From a virus (lineage: Duplodnaviria; Caudoviricetes): a DNA stretch of 47,280 nucleotides. Each line of letters begins with the position of its first letter. The stretch's first letter is position 1. Below, one piece after another: positions 21,416-30,754 of the stretch. The stretch is taken from IMG/VR virus record IMGVR_UViG_3300032225_001750, positions 1-47,280 of that record; one strand, given 5' to 3'. The notes beneath the pieces are model-generated. The model saw only the letters and a list, made by a program, of their open reading frames with translations. It did not search any database and was not told where the DNA came from. The position numbers and the translations under genes were made by a program.

Positions 21416-23041
21416 TTATTCGCCCTCTCCGCGCCCTTCAATTTTCTGACTCAATGCATACAATCTTTCTTTCTGTGAAGCAGAGAAGGCAGCGGCGGCT
21501 TGGATTTTTGTAGTAAGGATGTTTATACTAAACTCAGATGCTCGGATTGTTTTTTGTCCCTCGGCATCTAGGTTATTGTAGATGTCAACCAGTTCTTTGG
21601 CTTTGGGAAGACCATTGATGTTGTAGTTGTTGCGTATGGCATCACGTTCACCATTGAGTGCATCGTATTGCGCTTGTGTAATAGTCTGTTGGTTCTCCAG
21701 GGCGGCAAATTTTGGATCCAAGGCCTGCAATTGCTGAACCGATGGATTGAGGTAGTCGTTGAAGAAGATTGTGGCCTTGTCAATGTAAACTTGTGCAGAC
21801 CCCGAAGGGGCTTTGGCTGAGTAACTAGGTACAGGTATCTTGGGATCACCCACAACTCTAGTACTAGCTGCGTCCAGTGTAGCGCGATTCACTGTATCCG
21901 ACTTGGGCACAGGAACATCTTGTTGTTTGAATGCTGTGGGTATCTTGGTATTGACCAAGTTCACAGCAAAAGCACCATCACGAACAGCACTACTAAAGCC
22001 CGCTTGTATTGCGCCTGTGGCATCACCCGGGATGGGTAAGCCTTTGGCAAACGCTTCTGCATTGGGTAGGCTTTTGGCAGCATTCAGTGCCATGCCAGCA
22101 ATACCCTGGCTACTCAAGTTCTGCACAGGTACACCCACTGCACCTAAGCCTGCCACACCTTTGGTCATGAGGTCCTGTTGTATCTGACTTTGTTTGCCTG
22201 GGTTAGCCAGTAAATCAGTTGCGCTCTTGATACCGTCTTTGCCAGTCCAGGCTGCAGGGCTTTTGATTACATTGGCAAACAAACTTGCGCCCTTGGCAGC
22301 CAAAGCCGCTACTCCGGGCTTGACAAATCCTGCTGTTTCCAACTGTTTTAGATCAAGTCCAAAAGATCCAAGACCTTTGGTGTTGCTGACAGCATCAGCG
22401 GCTTGACCTGTTAAATTCTTTGCCTGAGCCAATACGCCATTTACTTCAGGCACGCTCATGGGACCGATTCCGCTCACGGCACCAGCACCAGTGATACTGC
22501 TGGCTACTTTTGTGAAATCAGCAGTGTTGATGGGATTGGTCACAGGAAAACCGGTTATGGTTTTGTTGATGTTTTGTATTGAAGAAACTGCTGTGGATCC
22601 TTGTATCACCGCGGCATTGACCAGCGCCTTGCCTGCATTCACGGCTCCGGTGATGGCTGAAGAAACAGCACCCGAGGCCGCTGACACAGCAGGACCAATG
22701 GCCGCAGTCAATCCTGCGGCAGTTGCGGCCAACGATCCACCTAGTGCTCCTCCGGCGCTGCCAAGAGCAGTACTGATTGATCCCAATGATGCAACACTTC
22801 CCACACTGCCAAGAGCGCCAGCAATACCACCTTGTGCTTGTTGCAAGGCACTTTGAGCGCCAGCAAGACCGTCAGCCGCTTGTGAAGCCGCAGAAAGACT
22901 GTCACCGGGTTTGAATCCTACCAAAGAGCCCGTGGAATCTTGTTTTTTAAAGATCGCTTCAGCTTGATCTCGTGTGAGGCCTTCAGGACCTTTTATACTA
23001 AATGGTTTTCCATCGCTACTGGTAAATGAGAATTCAGCCAT
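21416..23041 (-). CDS. Baseplate-associated Ala/Gly-rich protein with a possible degenerate lysozyme-like domain
   Basis: 541 aa between gp5 and gp25. The central G.FG....QLE.AG.VKPG...WTGKDGI.S...L.N...Q segment resembles lysozyme-like domains attached to tail spikes. Confidence 0.5.
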   Translation of the reverse strand: MAEFSFTSSDGKPFSIKGPEGLTRDQAEAIFKKQDSTGSLVGFKPGDSLSAASQAADGLAGAQSALQQAQGGIAGALGSVGSVASLGSISTALGSAGGALGGSLAATAAGLTAAIGPAVSAASGAVSSAITGAVNAGKALVNAAVIQGSTAVSSIQNINKTITGFPVTNPINTADFTKVASSITGAGAVSGIGPMSVPEVNGVLAQAKNLTGQAADAVSNTKGLGSFGLDLKQLETAGFVKPGVAALAAKGASLFANVIKSPAAWTGKDGIKSATDLLANPGKQSQIQQDLMTKGVAGLGAVGVPVQNLSSQGIAGMALNAAKSLPNAEAFAKGLPIPGDATGAIQAGFSSAVRDGAFAVNLVNTKIPTAFKQQDVPVPKSDTVNRATLDAASTRVVGDPKIPVPSYSAKAPSGSAQVYIDKATIFFNDYLNPSVQQLQALDPKFAALENQQTITQAQYDALNGERDAIRNNYNINGLPKAKELVDIYNNLDAEGQKTIRASEFSINILTTKIQAAAAFSASQKERLYALSQKIEGRGEGE

Positions 23042-23042
23042 G

Positions 23043-24581
23043 TTATTTCGCCTGTATTTCTATGCCGGGAGGAACTGGTACTGCACCAGGTGGTGGTGAA
23101 GGTTTGCCTTCTTCAAACTCTATCTCGACATCCACACCTTTGTTGTGGTATGGATAAGGTTCATGGGTGGGCGCACGACTCACTGTGCTTTCAAGTCCTT
23201 CAGGTTTGACTATCCAACCCCGGCTGGTATCCCATTCAGTGTCATCCAACAAGGTTGTGGTCAAGGGCTGAGGGTTTGTGACTGTACCGGCAGCAGGTCC
23301 ATTGAGATCAATTCCACCTGCTTGCAAAGCCAATGCAGATCCTGCACCCCATGAGCCAGATGCGCTGTTTAGTGTGAGTGTGCCATCTGCCTTGACGCCT
23401 ATTGTGCTTTTGCTGTACAAGGTAATATCGTCCTGTGCCTGGATACTCAAGAATGTGTCAGTTTCCAACTGCATGTCCTCCATGCTTTTCATTTTCAAAT
23501 AGCGCCCAGCAAACATGTTGATATCTCGGTCAGCATGCAGATTAATGTCGCCCTTGGTACGAATGTTCACACTGTTGGTGGCATAAACATCTACTGTGCC
23601 TTCTACTCCAAATTCAATCCAGGTCTGTCCATTGGCATGAATGATGTAGAAAAAGTTTCCAGTATCACTCATGGTGATCTGATGGCCTTTTGAGGTTCGT
23701 AATCTCAGCAGAGCATTGTTGCCTTCAGTGTCACCGTCGTCCATCACAAAACTATGTCCGCCCACACGACCAATTACTTTGGCATCGCCAGGTTTGATTT
23801 CTCCGGCATTTAGTTTGGCATTGATATCGTTGGGCTTCATGCCACCTTGATAGATGGCTGTGCCTGGTGTGCTGATACCAAACACAGCACTAGGGGTTTC
23901 TCGCTGACTGCTGGAATTTATAGTGCCACGTTCGTTATCAGTTATGAGACCTTGCTGAAGTAGGGCTTGTGCCACGACACTTTGTACAGGTTTTATACCA
24001 TCAAAAAATCTTGGATTATTAAAAAGTTCATCTTTGTTGATGTTGATTTCGGCCACAGGCAATCTTGATGCATCGGCAAAATAACTTTGTTGATTTTGAT
24101 TCTGCACTTCGGCCTGTGGTTTGTCCACTGAACCAATGGCCGGGACCATGCGACCTGTGCCCTGTTCAGGAGCAACACCAATGTAATAACCTTGCGAACG
24201 ATCACCGTTGACAAAGATACAAATCACAGTCACACCCACATCCGGAGGCGTAAACCACATGCCATAACTGTTAGGGGTTCCGGGATAGCCGCCGTTGTCC
24301 TGGGTTTGACCGTTGGTGGTGGTTTTGGGAGTGTTACCGTAGAAAGGTGGCATGTAACTCACTGTGGTCCACTTGGTGTCATTCTTCATGCCTGCTTCGG
24401 GATCATCTTGTGTACCACCATCAGCAAATGCTTCAATATACACACGCAACCGACCGCTACGAGTTGGGTCCACAGTGCTCATGACTATACCAGTAAACGG
24501 ACCAAACTCCGAAGGTACTCCACCGCGGTCTAATTTATAGTTGCCTGGGCGGCCTTTACTACGTTGTACATTATCTACCAT
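23043..24581 (-). CDS. gp5: Baseplate hub / central spike, gp5/VgrG-like (OB fold plus beta-helix)
   Basis: 512 aa. G.V....DP.R.GRLRV, PP.VG..V...F.NGD, GH.FVMDD, R.RT..GHQI.M.D and short beta-helix repeats. Confidence 0.8.
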   Translation of the reverse strand: MVDNVQRSKGRPGNYKLDRGGVPSEFGPFTGIVMSTVDPTRSGRLRVYIEAFADGGTQDDPEAGMKNDTKWTTVSYMPPFYGNTPKTTTNGQTQDNGGYPGTPNSYGMWFTPPDVGVTVICIFVNGDRSQGYYIGVAPEQGTGRMVPAIGSVDKPQAEVQNQNQQSYFADASRLPVAEININKDELFNNPRFFDGIKPVQSVVAQALLQQGLITDNERGTINSSSQRETPSAVFGISTPGTAIYQGGMKPNDINAKLNAGEIKPGDAKVIGRVGGHSFVMDDGDTEGNNALLRLRTSKGHQITMSDTGNFFYIIHANGQTWIEFGVEGTVDVYATNSVNIRTKGDINLHADRDINMFAGRYLKMKSMEDMQLETDTFLSIQAQDDITLYSKSTIGVKADGTLTLNSASGSWGAGSALALQAGGIDLNGPAAGTVTNPQPLTTTLLDDTEWDTSRGWIVKPEGLESTVSRAPTHEPYPYHNKGVDVEIEFEEGKPSPPPGAVPVPPGIEIQAK

Positions 24582-24590
24582 GTGTTTCCT

Positions 24591-27500
24591 TTAATCGTCA
24601 GTTTTGCTTATCTGTTGCACAGCAGGATTTGTGGTACTGGTAGGATAGCCTGGCGACTGACTACCACGTCCTTGATTGCCTCGAGCAGCCGCAATTGCAT
24701 TTGATCTTGCAATCAATCCAGGCAATTTAGGCGGTCCACTGTTGTTTGATTCTACCACGCCCACTGTGCCTCCAGCGCCATCTGTGGGTGGCTTTGGTGC
24801 TCCTGCTGGTTGTGGATTAGGTGAAACATAATTTCCATTAAAGTTACCCGAGGCGTCATAAGACCCGCCGGTGTTTTCGTAATTGGGTGGAGATTGCGTT
24901 GATCCTGCTCCTTGAGATTGTCGCAAAAGTCTGGCCGTTTCCGCATCAGTCTGGTTGTTGTCGCCGCGACGTGATGATCCACTATTGGTAGCATTTTGTG
25001 CGGCCTTTAATTGTGCTTGCGTAAATCTTCTGGTACCAGTACCGGTACCAGTTCCACTACTGGTACGTTTGGTATCTGGACTGGCATTGGCTACCAATGC
25101 CGCTGCCGCAGGATTGGCAGCATTGGTGCCTGACGGTATGGGAAACAGATACAAACTGCCATCAATGGTTTGCTCAAAACTGCCACCTTTGAATTCACTT
25201 GTGACCTTGGTAGCAATGTACACTCGACTTTGTAATGGCTTTTTGTCAGGACCTTTTTGTTTCACATAAGGGTCGGCTACACCAGTTGTGAGGTCATAAT
25301 CTTCTGGCCGTTGCCACAACATCTCAAACAGGATATCTTGACTGTCAAAACTTATTGATCCGTCTGCTTCGAATCCTGTTCTAGCCGCAGGGTATACTGT
25401 GCTGGCAGTTAATGGTTTGAACTGACTGCCTTGCATGATCCAGGCAGGGTCTCCAATGATTCGTACCTTGGTACTGGCCAGGTCGCTGGGATTATAAAGT
25501 ATTTCAGCAGCATTGGCATTGGGTTCAAGTTCTTTGCCATCAGCACCGAAATTACTTTCTCCACTTCTTGGACTGTAAACATACTTCACAAGATCTGCCA
25601 TGCTACTGGTATATTTTTTATTCAATTGAGAAGTTATGCTGGTGCCAGGTCCATTACCACTCAAGGTGCTCACAAACATGGTGTTGAGTGTTTCTTGATA
25701 GTCTTTGACCGCGGTGTTTCGACCAGTAAACCAAAATGGATAACTTTTGTGGACTCCAGTGAATTTAGTAGAAGGAAAATATTGACTGTTGAGATTCTTG
25801 ACCAAGAACGGGCTTACTGTGTATTTGATTTTGTAGGCATAGTCATTGCGATTGCTGTCAAAGTCTTTGCGCTCACAACTCATGCTGATGGTAAACCATG
25901 AAACGTTTTTGGTTGTTTGTTGATTGGGTGTTTGCACACCGTCGGGATCTACTATTACAAGTTTTTGTTTGCCAATATAACTGGAATTTCTAATCACCAA
26001 TTCGATCACTTGCAAGATCTGTTGGCCGGCTGTGATGCTGAAGTTGCGATTTAGATAGTCAACTGAAATAGTTTGTTGATTCAAGTTGCTTGGATTTTTA
26101 TCTGTGTTTTGTTGCATGGGAGATTGTTTGGCATCTTTTTTGACATTGGGCAGTTGAATTTTAGCCCCACTGATGTCGGCGGCACTGGCCAGGCCTGGTA
26201 TGCCCACAAATTCAATTGCGTACTCATCAGCAATGAGATAAGTTCCTCTTCGCACAAGTTCTTGTTGGAAATCATTCATGGCTCCCATCAGGCCTTCTGT
26301 GATTGTTTTCTTTGGGCTTGGTGCCGCGGCTGCCGAAGGCGGTGCACCGCCATAAAATCCGCCTGGTTGTGCGTCAGCATCGCCACTGGGTGCTTCCTTT
26401 GCCGCAATAGCATTATCCACTGCTCTTACTGATGCCTGTGTTGCCGGGGCTGTGGTAGACTTACCTGGATTGGCATTGGGTGCTGTGCCTGTTGAGTACT
26501 TGGCATTGCCTCCCAGCAACCCACCCACAGTACTGTCAACCAGTTGCACATCATATGGTATGGTTCCACGACTTGAACCTCCGCCGATGTTCTGTCCAAC
26601 AGGTGCGGCTTCAAAATCATATGATACTGTTTTTGTACCAATGGTCCAGTTGACTTTGGCAATTATAAAAGGTATAAATTTTTCCACAACGGCAGCAGGA
26701 TCGCTGGTGTTAGCGGGAGAATCTAAGCCGCCTTTGACAGGATATACAATATTACCACTTTCGTCATAGCCATAAAAACGCAGGACCATGAGATAAGTGG
26801 CAGCAGTGTAGTTGACTTTGCCGTCGGCACCCTTGGGTTCAAAGTTGGCCACGGCCTCGTACATTCTATCCAACAAGGTGATACCCTGTGGTTCAACTAC
26901 TGTGAATTTAAGACTGGTAGCAAGATGCGCGGCGCCTGTGCCTTTGCCCACGCATTGAGTTTCTACAGTGACCGAATCAATGTAAAAATCGTTTGTGAAG
27001 AATGGACTGCGGTTAGCCGAGGCATAATTGTTAGTAGCGGTTCTGTTTGTTGCGGTAGGATCAAATACACTTTCTTCGCCACCACCGCCGCCACCAGCAG
27101 TAGAGGCCGGAGGTCTAATAACACCATCACTCACGCCAGCACCACCAGATTGAAACAGCAAGCTGTATCCATCAATTTTTTTGTCTTTGCTGTTTAGTAA
27201 TTTTGAATACTGAGCACTTGACATCAAGTATACTGATGCTGACCATGCATAGTTGTTGTAACGATCTAAAATATTGGGCTGTGGGTTAACCTGTATGGGA
27301 TTGTTTTGAGCCGCATTGGCATTGGTGTTGTTGGTTGATTTATTGGGCAGGGTACCGTCATCTCCAGGTGCCGCAACACCAGGGTCGGTTTTTAAATCAA
27401 CACCACCGGGTATGCCGCCGGGATTGTACAACTCTCCTGTTTCAGGATTGCGTCTTAGGTTTGATAGTGTGCCATCTTCGGCTCTGACATTGATACCTTG

Positions 27501-27974
27501 TGTGTATGGACCTGTGGCCTGTGTTTGTTCCGTGGTTCTTGTTGGTGCATCAGTGCCGGTGGTACCACCAGTGTCAGATGTGGCAGGCACATCAGCATTG
27601 GTTGGCGTGGTAGTGTCAGGTGGAGGGACTATGCGTCCATCTGCTTTGACTTGAGCAGCCACGGGTTTGGTAGGGCCTTGCGGTCCATCTTCACTGGCGG
27701 CTTGGCTGGCTGTAGCAGGTGGTTGTGGTTGTGGCTCTGGAGTATTGGCTGCTTGATAATCGCTGTTGATTTGATTAATATTGGCTGCCAAAGCATTGAT
27801 CTTGTCCACTGCTCCTGGTGTTTGTTCTGCAAGAGGTGTTGTGGCTAGACTGGTGATTGATGCGGCAGTAAAAGGAGGATACCCTATAACAGCATTTACA
27901 CCAGGACCTGTAATACGTAGTTGTCCGCTGGGTGTTATACTGAAATCATATCCATCAATATTGAATCCTGCCAT
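24591..27974 (-). CDS. Baseplate hub protein (gp27 / late control D-like) with long low-complexity P/T/A/G extensions
   Basis: 1127 aa between gp53-like and gp5-like genes. Contains F.VVEP.G, I.GDP.W and Y....V.S.F..G.F.Q.. hub-type motifs. Confidence 0.55.
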   Translation of the reverse strand: MAGFNIDGYDFSITPSGQLRITGPGVNAVIGYPPFTAASITSLATTPLAEQTPGAVDKINALAANINQINSDYQAANTPEPQPQPPATASQAASEDGPQGPTKPVAAQVKADGRIVPPPDTTTPTNADVPATSDTGGTTGTDAPTRTTEQTQATGPYTQGINVRAEDGTLSNLRRNPETGELYNPGGIPGGVDLKTDPGVAAPGDDGTLPNKSTNNTNANAAQNNPIQVNPQPNILDRYNNYAWSASVYLMSSAQYSKLLNSKDKKIDGYSLLFQSGGAGVSDGVIRPPASTAGGGGGGEESVFDPTATNRTATNNYASANRSPFFTNDFYIDSVTVETQCVGKGTGAAHLATSLKFTVVEPQGITLLDRMYEAVANFEPKGADGKVNYTAATYLMVLRFYGYDESGNIVYPVKGGLDSPANTSDPAAVVEKFIPFIIAKVNWTIGTKTVSYDFEAAPVGQNIGGGSSRGTIPYDVQLVDSTVGGLLGGNAKYSTGTAPNANPGKSTTAPATQASVRAVDNAIAAKEAPSGDADAQPGGFYGGAPPSAAAAPSPKKTITEGLMGAMNDFQQELVRRGTYLIADEYAIEFVGIPGLASAADISGAKIQLPNVKKDAKQSPMQQNTDKNPSNLNQQTISVDYLNRNFSITAGQQILQVIELVIRNSSYIGKQKLVIVDPDGVQTPNQQTTKNVSWFTISMSCERKDFDSNRNDYAYKIKYTVSPFLVKNLNSQYFPSTKFTGVHKSYPFWFTGRNTAVKDYQETLNTMFVSTLSGNGPGTSITSQLNKKYTSSMADLVKYVYSPRSGESNFGADGKELEPNANAAEILYNPSDLASTKVRIIGDPAWIMQGSQFKPLTASTVYPAARTGFEADGSISFDSQDILFEMLWQRPEDYDLTTGVADPYVKQKGPDKKPLQSRVYIATKVTSEFKGGSFEQTIDGSLYLFPIPSGTNAANPAAAALVANASPDTKRTSSGTGTGTGTRRFTQAQLKAAQNATNSGSSRRGDNNQTDAETARLLRQSQGAGSTQSPPNYENTGGSYDASGNFNGNYVSPNPQPAGAPKPPTDGAGGTVGVVESNNSGPPKLPGLIARSNAIAAARGNQGRGSQSPGYPTSTTNPAVQQISKTDD

Positions 27975-27977
27975 AGA

Positions 27978-28277
27978 TTAGAACCCCAGTGCTGTTTTCA
28001 GCGTGTTTATTTTTGGCAAATAAATCAAGGTACCAACTGCAAAGTCCATGGGTGGTGCTTGCAAGGTGTTGGGGTTGCGTTGGTAAAACACCCACCACAG
28101 GCCAGCGTTGCCATACAAGTCAAATGCCAACAGGTCTGGACGATATTGATAAGTGGTGTTGATAGTAAAACTTATATCGTCATTTTCCTTGGGTATAGGT
28201 CTGTTGACCATAGTCTCAAGAAAGAATTGGCTGTAGCCAGTTTGATAATAAGGACTGGTTGCGTCGTATTGTGCCAT
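27978..28277 (-). CDS. gp53: Baseplate wedge subunit gp53-like (LysM-like)
   Basis: 99 aa. RPDLLA.DLYG...LWWVF...N......DF..G..IY.P is the gp53/LysM-like signature. Confidence 0.85.
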   Translation of the reverse strand: MAQYDATSPYYQTGYSQFFLETMVNRPIPKENDDISFTINTTYQYRPDLLAFDLYGNAGLWWVFYQRNPNTLQAPPMDFAVGTLIYLPKINTLKTALGF

Positions 28278-30640
28278 TACCAGAACCCCCCTTTGAGTAG
28301 GTCACCATTGGCAAATCCTGCCAGACTGAACTGCTTGCTGATCTGAGCACGAGTCTGTGCAGGTATAAGTGTGATATCAATTTCCATTTTGGTCGGTACA
28401 TAACTGGCCGGTGTGTTGTTGGTGACACTGCCTACCACTGTGTTGGGTGCCGGGGTGGGCGGTTGTGCACCTTTTGGCAGCAAGGCATTTACCAATCTAT
28501 TCAACCCCGATAGTGATCCGCCTGCTGGCAAACTGGCACCTGCTGGATTGTAGCGATTGTTCAAGTTCAGGCCAAAGTTGTTGGGATTGGTTGTTCTTAT
28601 GTAGTCCACATCGTTGGGCAAGGTGTAATTAAACGAACTTATCACCACAGGATGATCTGAAAATTGATAGCCACCAAGACCGTTGAGCAAACATATGGGA
28701 GGAGGTGTTCCCCGCTGTGGATCTTGTCCGTAGAACATTTTGGTTGCTGATCTAAAGAAATGTATCACTGCCAACAGGTAGTTGGCTTCGGTGGTGTTCT
28801 GTGCTGTGAACGTGCCACGTATTTGGATGTCGCCCACTCGAGAGTTTTTGTAGAACAATCCGCGATAGTTTGAGTGCACCAGGTCATACTGCTCATAGTT
28901 GGCTGAGTAGGTGGTGGTGATACTTGGTGTGTAAGGGAATATCACTCCGTCGGTGCCTGACCCGGCTCTTAACGGTGCTAGTATTCCTGGGTTTTCGGCG
29001 TTGTAGAGATAATTTGCTTTTGGGGCCAGACTCAATCTCACACGCCAATCGGTATTGCCTGGTTGCTTGTACCGTGCTTGAATTGTGGCTTGCTGTTGTG
29101 CTTTGTTTCGAATAGCAGCCTCTTGACTACCTTGTTCTTGATCAACTAGCGCAGATACTTGGTCAGTGTTTATGGCAGCGTTGCGGTCTGGTCGCGCAGC
29201 CAATTCATCATACAAGGCAGCATCTTCATCACTCAACACATCAGATGGAGCCTGGGTCAAATGATCGTAGGCTGCGGCGTCGCTTTGCGCAGCCTGTTCG
29301 TCAGCAATGGCTTGATCTTCGGCGGCTAGCACTCCATATGGATCTCTTGGTCCCACTGATAGGTCTTTATAGGCCGCTGCCTCCTCATCAGCAATGGCCT
29401 GGTCTTCGGCGGCCAGTACTCCGTATGGATCTGCTGGGCCAACGGTTTGAAATGCGGCGGCATCATTTTGCGCTGCCTCTTGCTCTGCTATGGCAGCATC
29501 TTCGGCAGCCAATACCCCATATGGATCTGTTGACAAGTGATCATAGGCGGCAGCGTCTGCACGATTGGCGGCTTCTTCTGCCAAGGCCGCATCTTCGGCC
29601 GCAAGCACTCCGTTGGGATCACGCGGTACAGATAATTTGCCAAACGCCTCAGCATCTGCTTGAGCCGCTTGTTCATCGGCAATGGCTTGATCTTCTGCTG
29701 CCAATACGCCATTGGAATCACGTGGTATTGCCAATTTGCCAAATGCTTCCGCGTCGCTTTGCGCTGCCGCTTCGGCCGCTAATTGTGCATCTTCTGCCGC
29801 CAGTACTCCGTTGGGATCACGTGGTGCCACTGTTTGGAATGCAGCCGCATCACTTTGTGCCGCTGCCTGGTCTGCCAAGGCCTGATCTTCTGCTGCCAAT
29901 ATACCAGCAGTGTCTTTTGCTGTAAAAGTATTTGCAGGTGCTACCAGGGCCGCTATACCCGAGCCAGTGGTTGCGGCAGTTGTTGTAGCAGTGGGTGTGC
30001 CACCAAACAAGCCCCCCACAGTAGATGCAAAATTAGTAAACAGCGAACTCAATCCTGATCCGCCACCGGTACCGCCACCTAGGAAGCCGCCAAATAGCCC
30101 TTTGATAGTTCCTAGTGCGTTGTCTATCGAAGGCAAATTTGTGGTGAGATTGCCAAAGCCAAATCCGGGCGTGACATTAAGAATACTGCCAGGCAGTTGT
30201 GGTATGCCCAGTCTAGCACGAATGTATGGATCTGTGGGATCTGCTCCGCCCAACAGTTTGATTTGATCTGGTGTCAAGCCCGACAGCGGGTCATTTAGTT
30301 TGACAGGAGTGGTACTCAAATGTCCGTAAGCCTCAGCATCGCTTTGTGCTGCCGCTTCGGCTGCCAATTGAGCATCTTCTGCCGCAAGTACTCCGTTGGG
30401 GTCACGTGGCACAGATAATTTGCCAAATGCCTCAGCATCACTTTGTGCTGCCGTTTGTTCTGCAATGGCTGCATCTTCGGCGGCCAACAAACCGTGAGGA
30501 TCTGATATGGCAGTCTGGTACTGCACAGTTTTTGTATCAGTTGTTGTGTTGGGTACTGTGTTGGTCGTAGGGAGATTGGGTGGATTTGCCACCACTGTGA
30601 TTGTGCCACCGTTGCTGCCTGCGCCTGTTGGGTCTGCCAT
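28277..30640 (-). CDS. Tail tube initiator / baseplate tube-cap-like protein with a long N-terminal acidic repeat region
   Basis: 787 aa. The C-terminal ~260 aa (FPYTP.I...Y.A.Y....HSNY...F..Q...EA.Y.LA..HF.RS.TKM..G...G.PPP...L...G......PVV...F...LP..VDYI) is a tube-like fold. The N-terminal part carries 9-10 repeats. Confidence 0.65.
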   Translation of the reverse strand: MADPTGAGSNGGTITVVANPPNLPTTNTVPNTTTDTKTVQYQTAISDPHGLLAAEDAAIAEQTAAQSDAEAFGKLSVPRDPNGVLAAEDAQLAAEAAAQSDAEAYGHLSTTPVKLNDPLSGLTPDQIKLLGGADPTDPYIRARLGIPQLPGSILNVTPGFGFGNLTTNLPSIDNALGTIKGLFGGFLGGGTGGGSGLSSLFTNFASTVGGLFGGTPTATTTAATTGSGIAALVAPANTFTAKDTAGILAAEDQALADQAAAQSDAAAFQTVAPRDPNGVLAAEDAQLAAEAAAQSDAEAFGKLAIPRDSNGVLAAEDQAIADEQAAQADAEAFGKLSVPRDPNGVLAAEDAALAEEAANRADAAAYDHLSTDPYGVLAAEDAAIAEQEAAQNDAAAFQTVGPADPYGVLAAEDQAIADEEAAAYKDLSVGPRDPYGVLAAEDQAIADEQAAQSDAAAYDHLTQAPSDVLSDEDAALYDELAARPDRNAAINTDQVSALVDQEQGSQEAAIRNKAQQQATIQARYKQPGNTDWRVRLSLAPKANYLYNAENPGILAPLRAGSGTDGVIFPYTPSITTTYSANYEQYDLVHSNYRGLFYKNSRVGDIQIRGTFTAQNTTEANYLLAVIHFFRSATKMFYGQDPQRGTPPPICLLNGLGGYQFSDHPVVISSFNYTLPNDVDYIRTTNPNNFGLNLNNRYNPAGASLPAGGSLSGLNRLVNALLPKGAQPPTPAPNTVVGSVTNNTPASYVPTKMEIDITLIPAQTRAQISKQFSLAGFANGDLLKGGFW
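29200..30502 (-). repeat. Coding repeats of ~29-33 aa, consensus DPxGVLAAEDxAxAxxxAAQSDAxA(F/Y)xxLxxPR, in blocks of 2 and 7-8 copies
   Basis: Seen directly in the translation and in DNA (recurring gcatcttc[tg]gc[cgt]gc, ccgttggg[ag]tcacg). Confidence 0.9.
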
Positions 30641-30658
30641 GATTGTGTTCCTATCACT

Positions 30659-30666
30659 TATTTACC
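30659..30666 (-). promoter_or_regulatory. Late promoter-like GGTAAATA heading the tail operon
   Basis: TAAATA core 18 nt upstream of ATG 30640 in the divergent intergenic region. Confidence 0.6.
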
Positions 30667-30698
30667 CATTTCAAAAACCACGTAGTTTAAGAAACAGG

Positions 30699-30731
30699 TT
30701 GACAACTGTTGTAAATGTGCTACAATAAATA
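30699..30731 (+). promoter_or_regulatory. Sigma70-type promoter (TTGACA-16 nt-TACAAT, extended -10 TGn) overlapped by a late motif AATAAATA
   Basis: TTGACA 30699-30704, TACAAT 30721-30726, AATAAATA 30724-30731, then AGGAG RBS before ATG 30755. Confidence 0.7.
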
Positions 30732-30754
30732 CATATTAGGAGACCCAGTCACTC

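Noticed and set aside
29245-29925. 226-aa repetitive ORF on the + strand, and the idea that the repeats are a CRISPR-like array
   Set aside because: It is the antisense reading of the coding repeats. The units stay in frame, vary mostly at synonymous positions and have no unique spacers.
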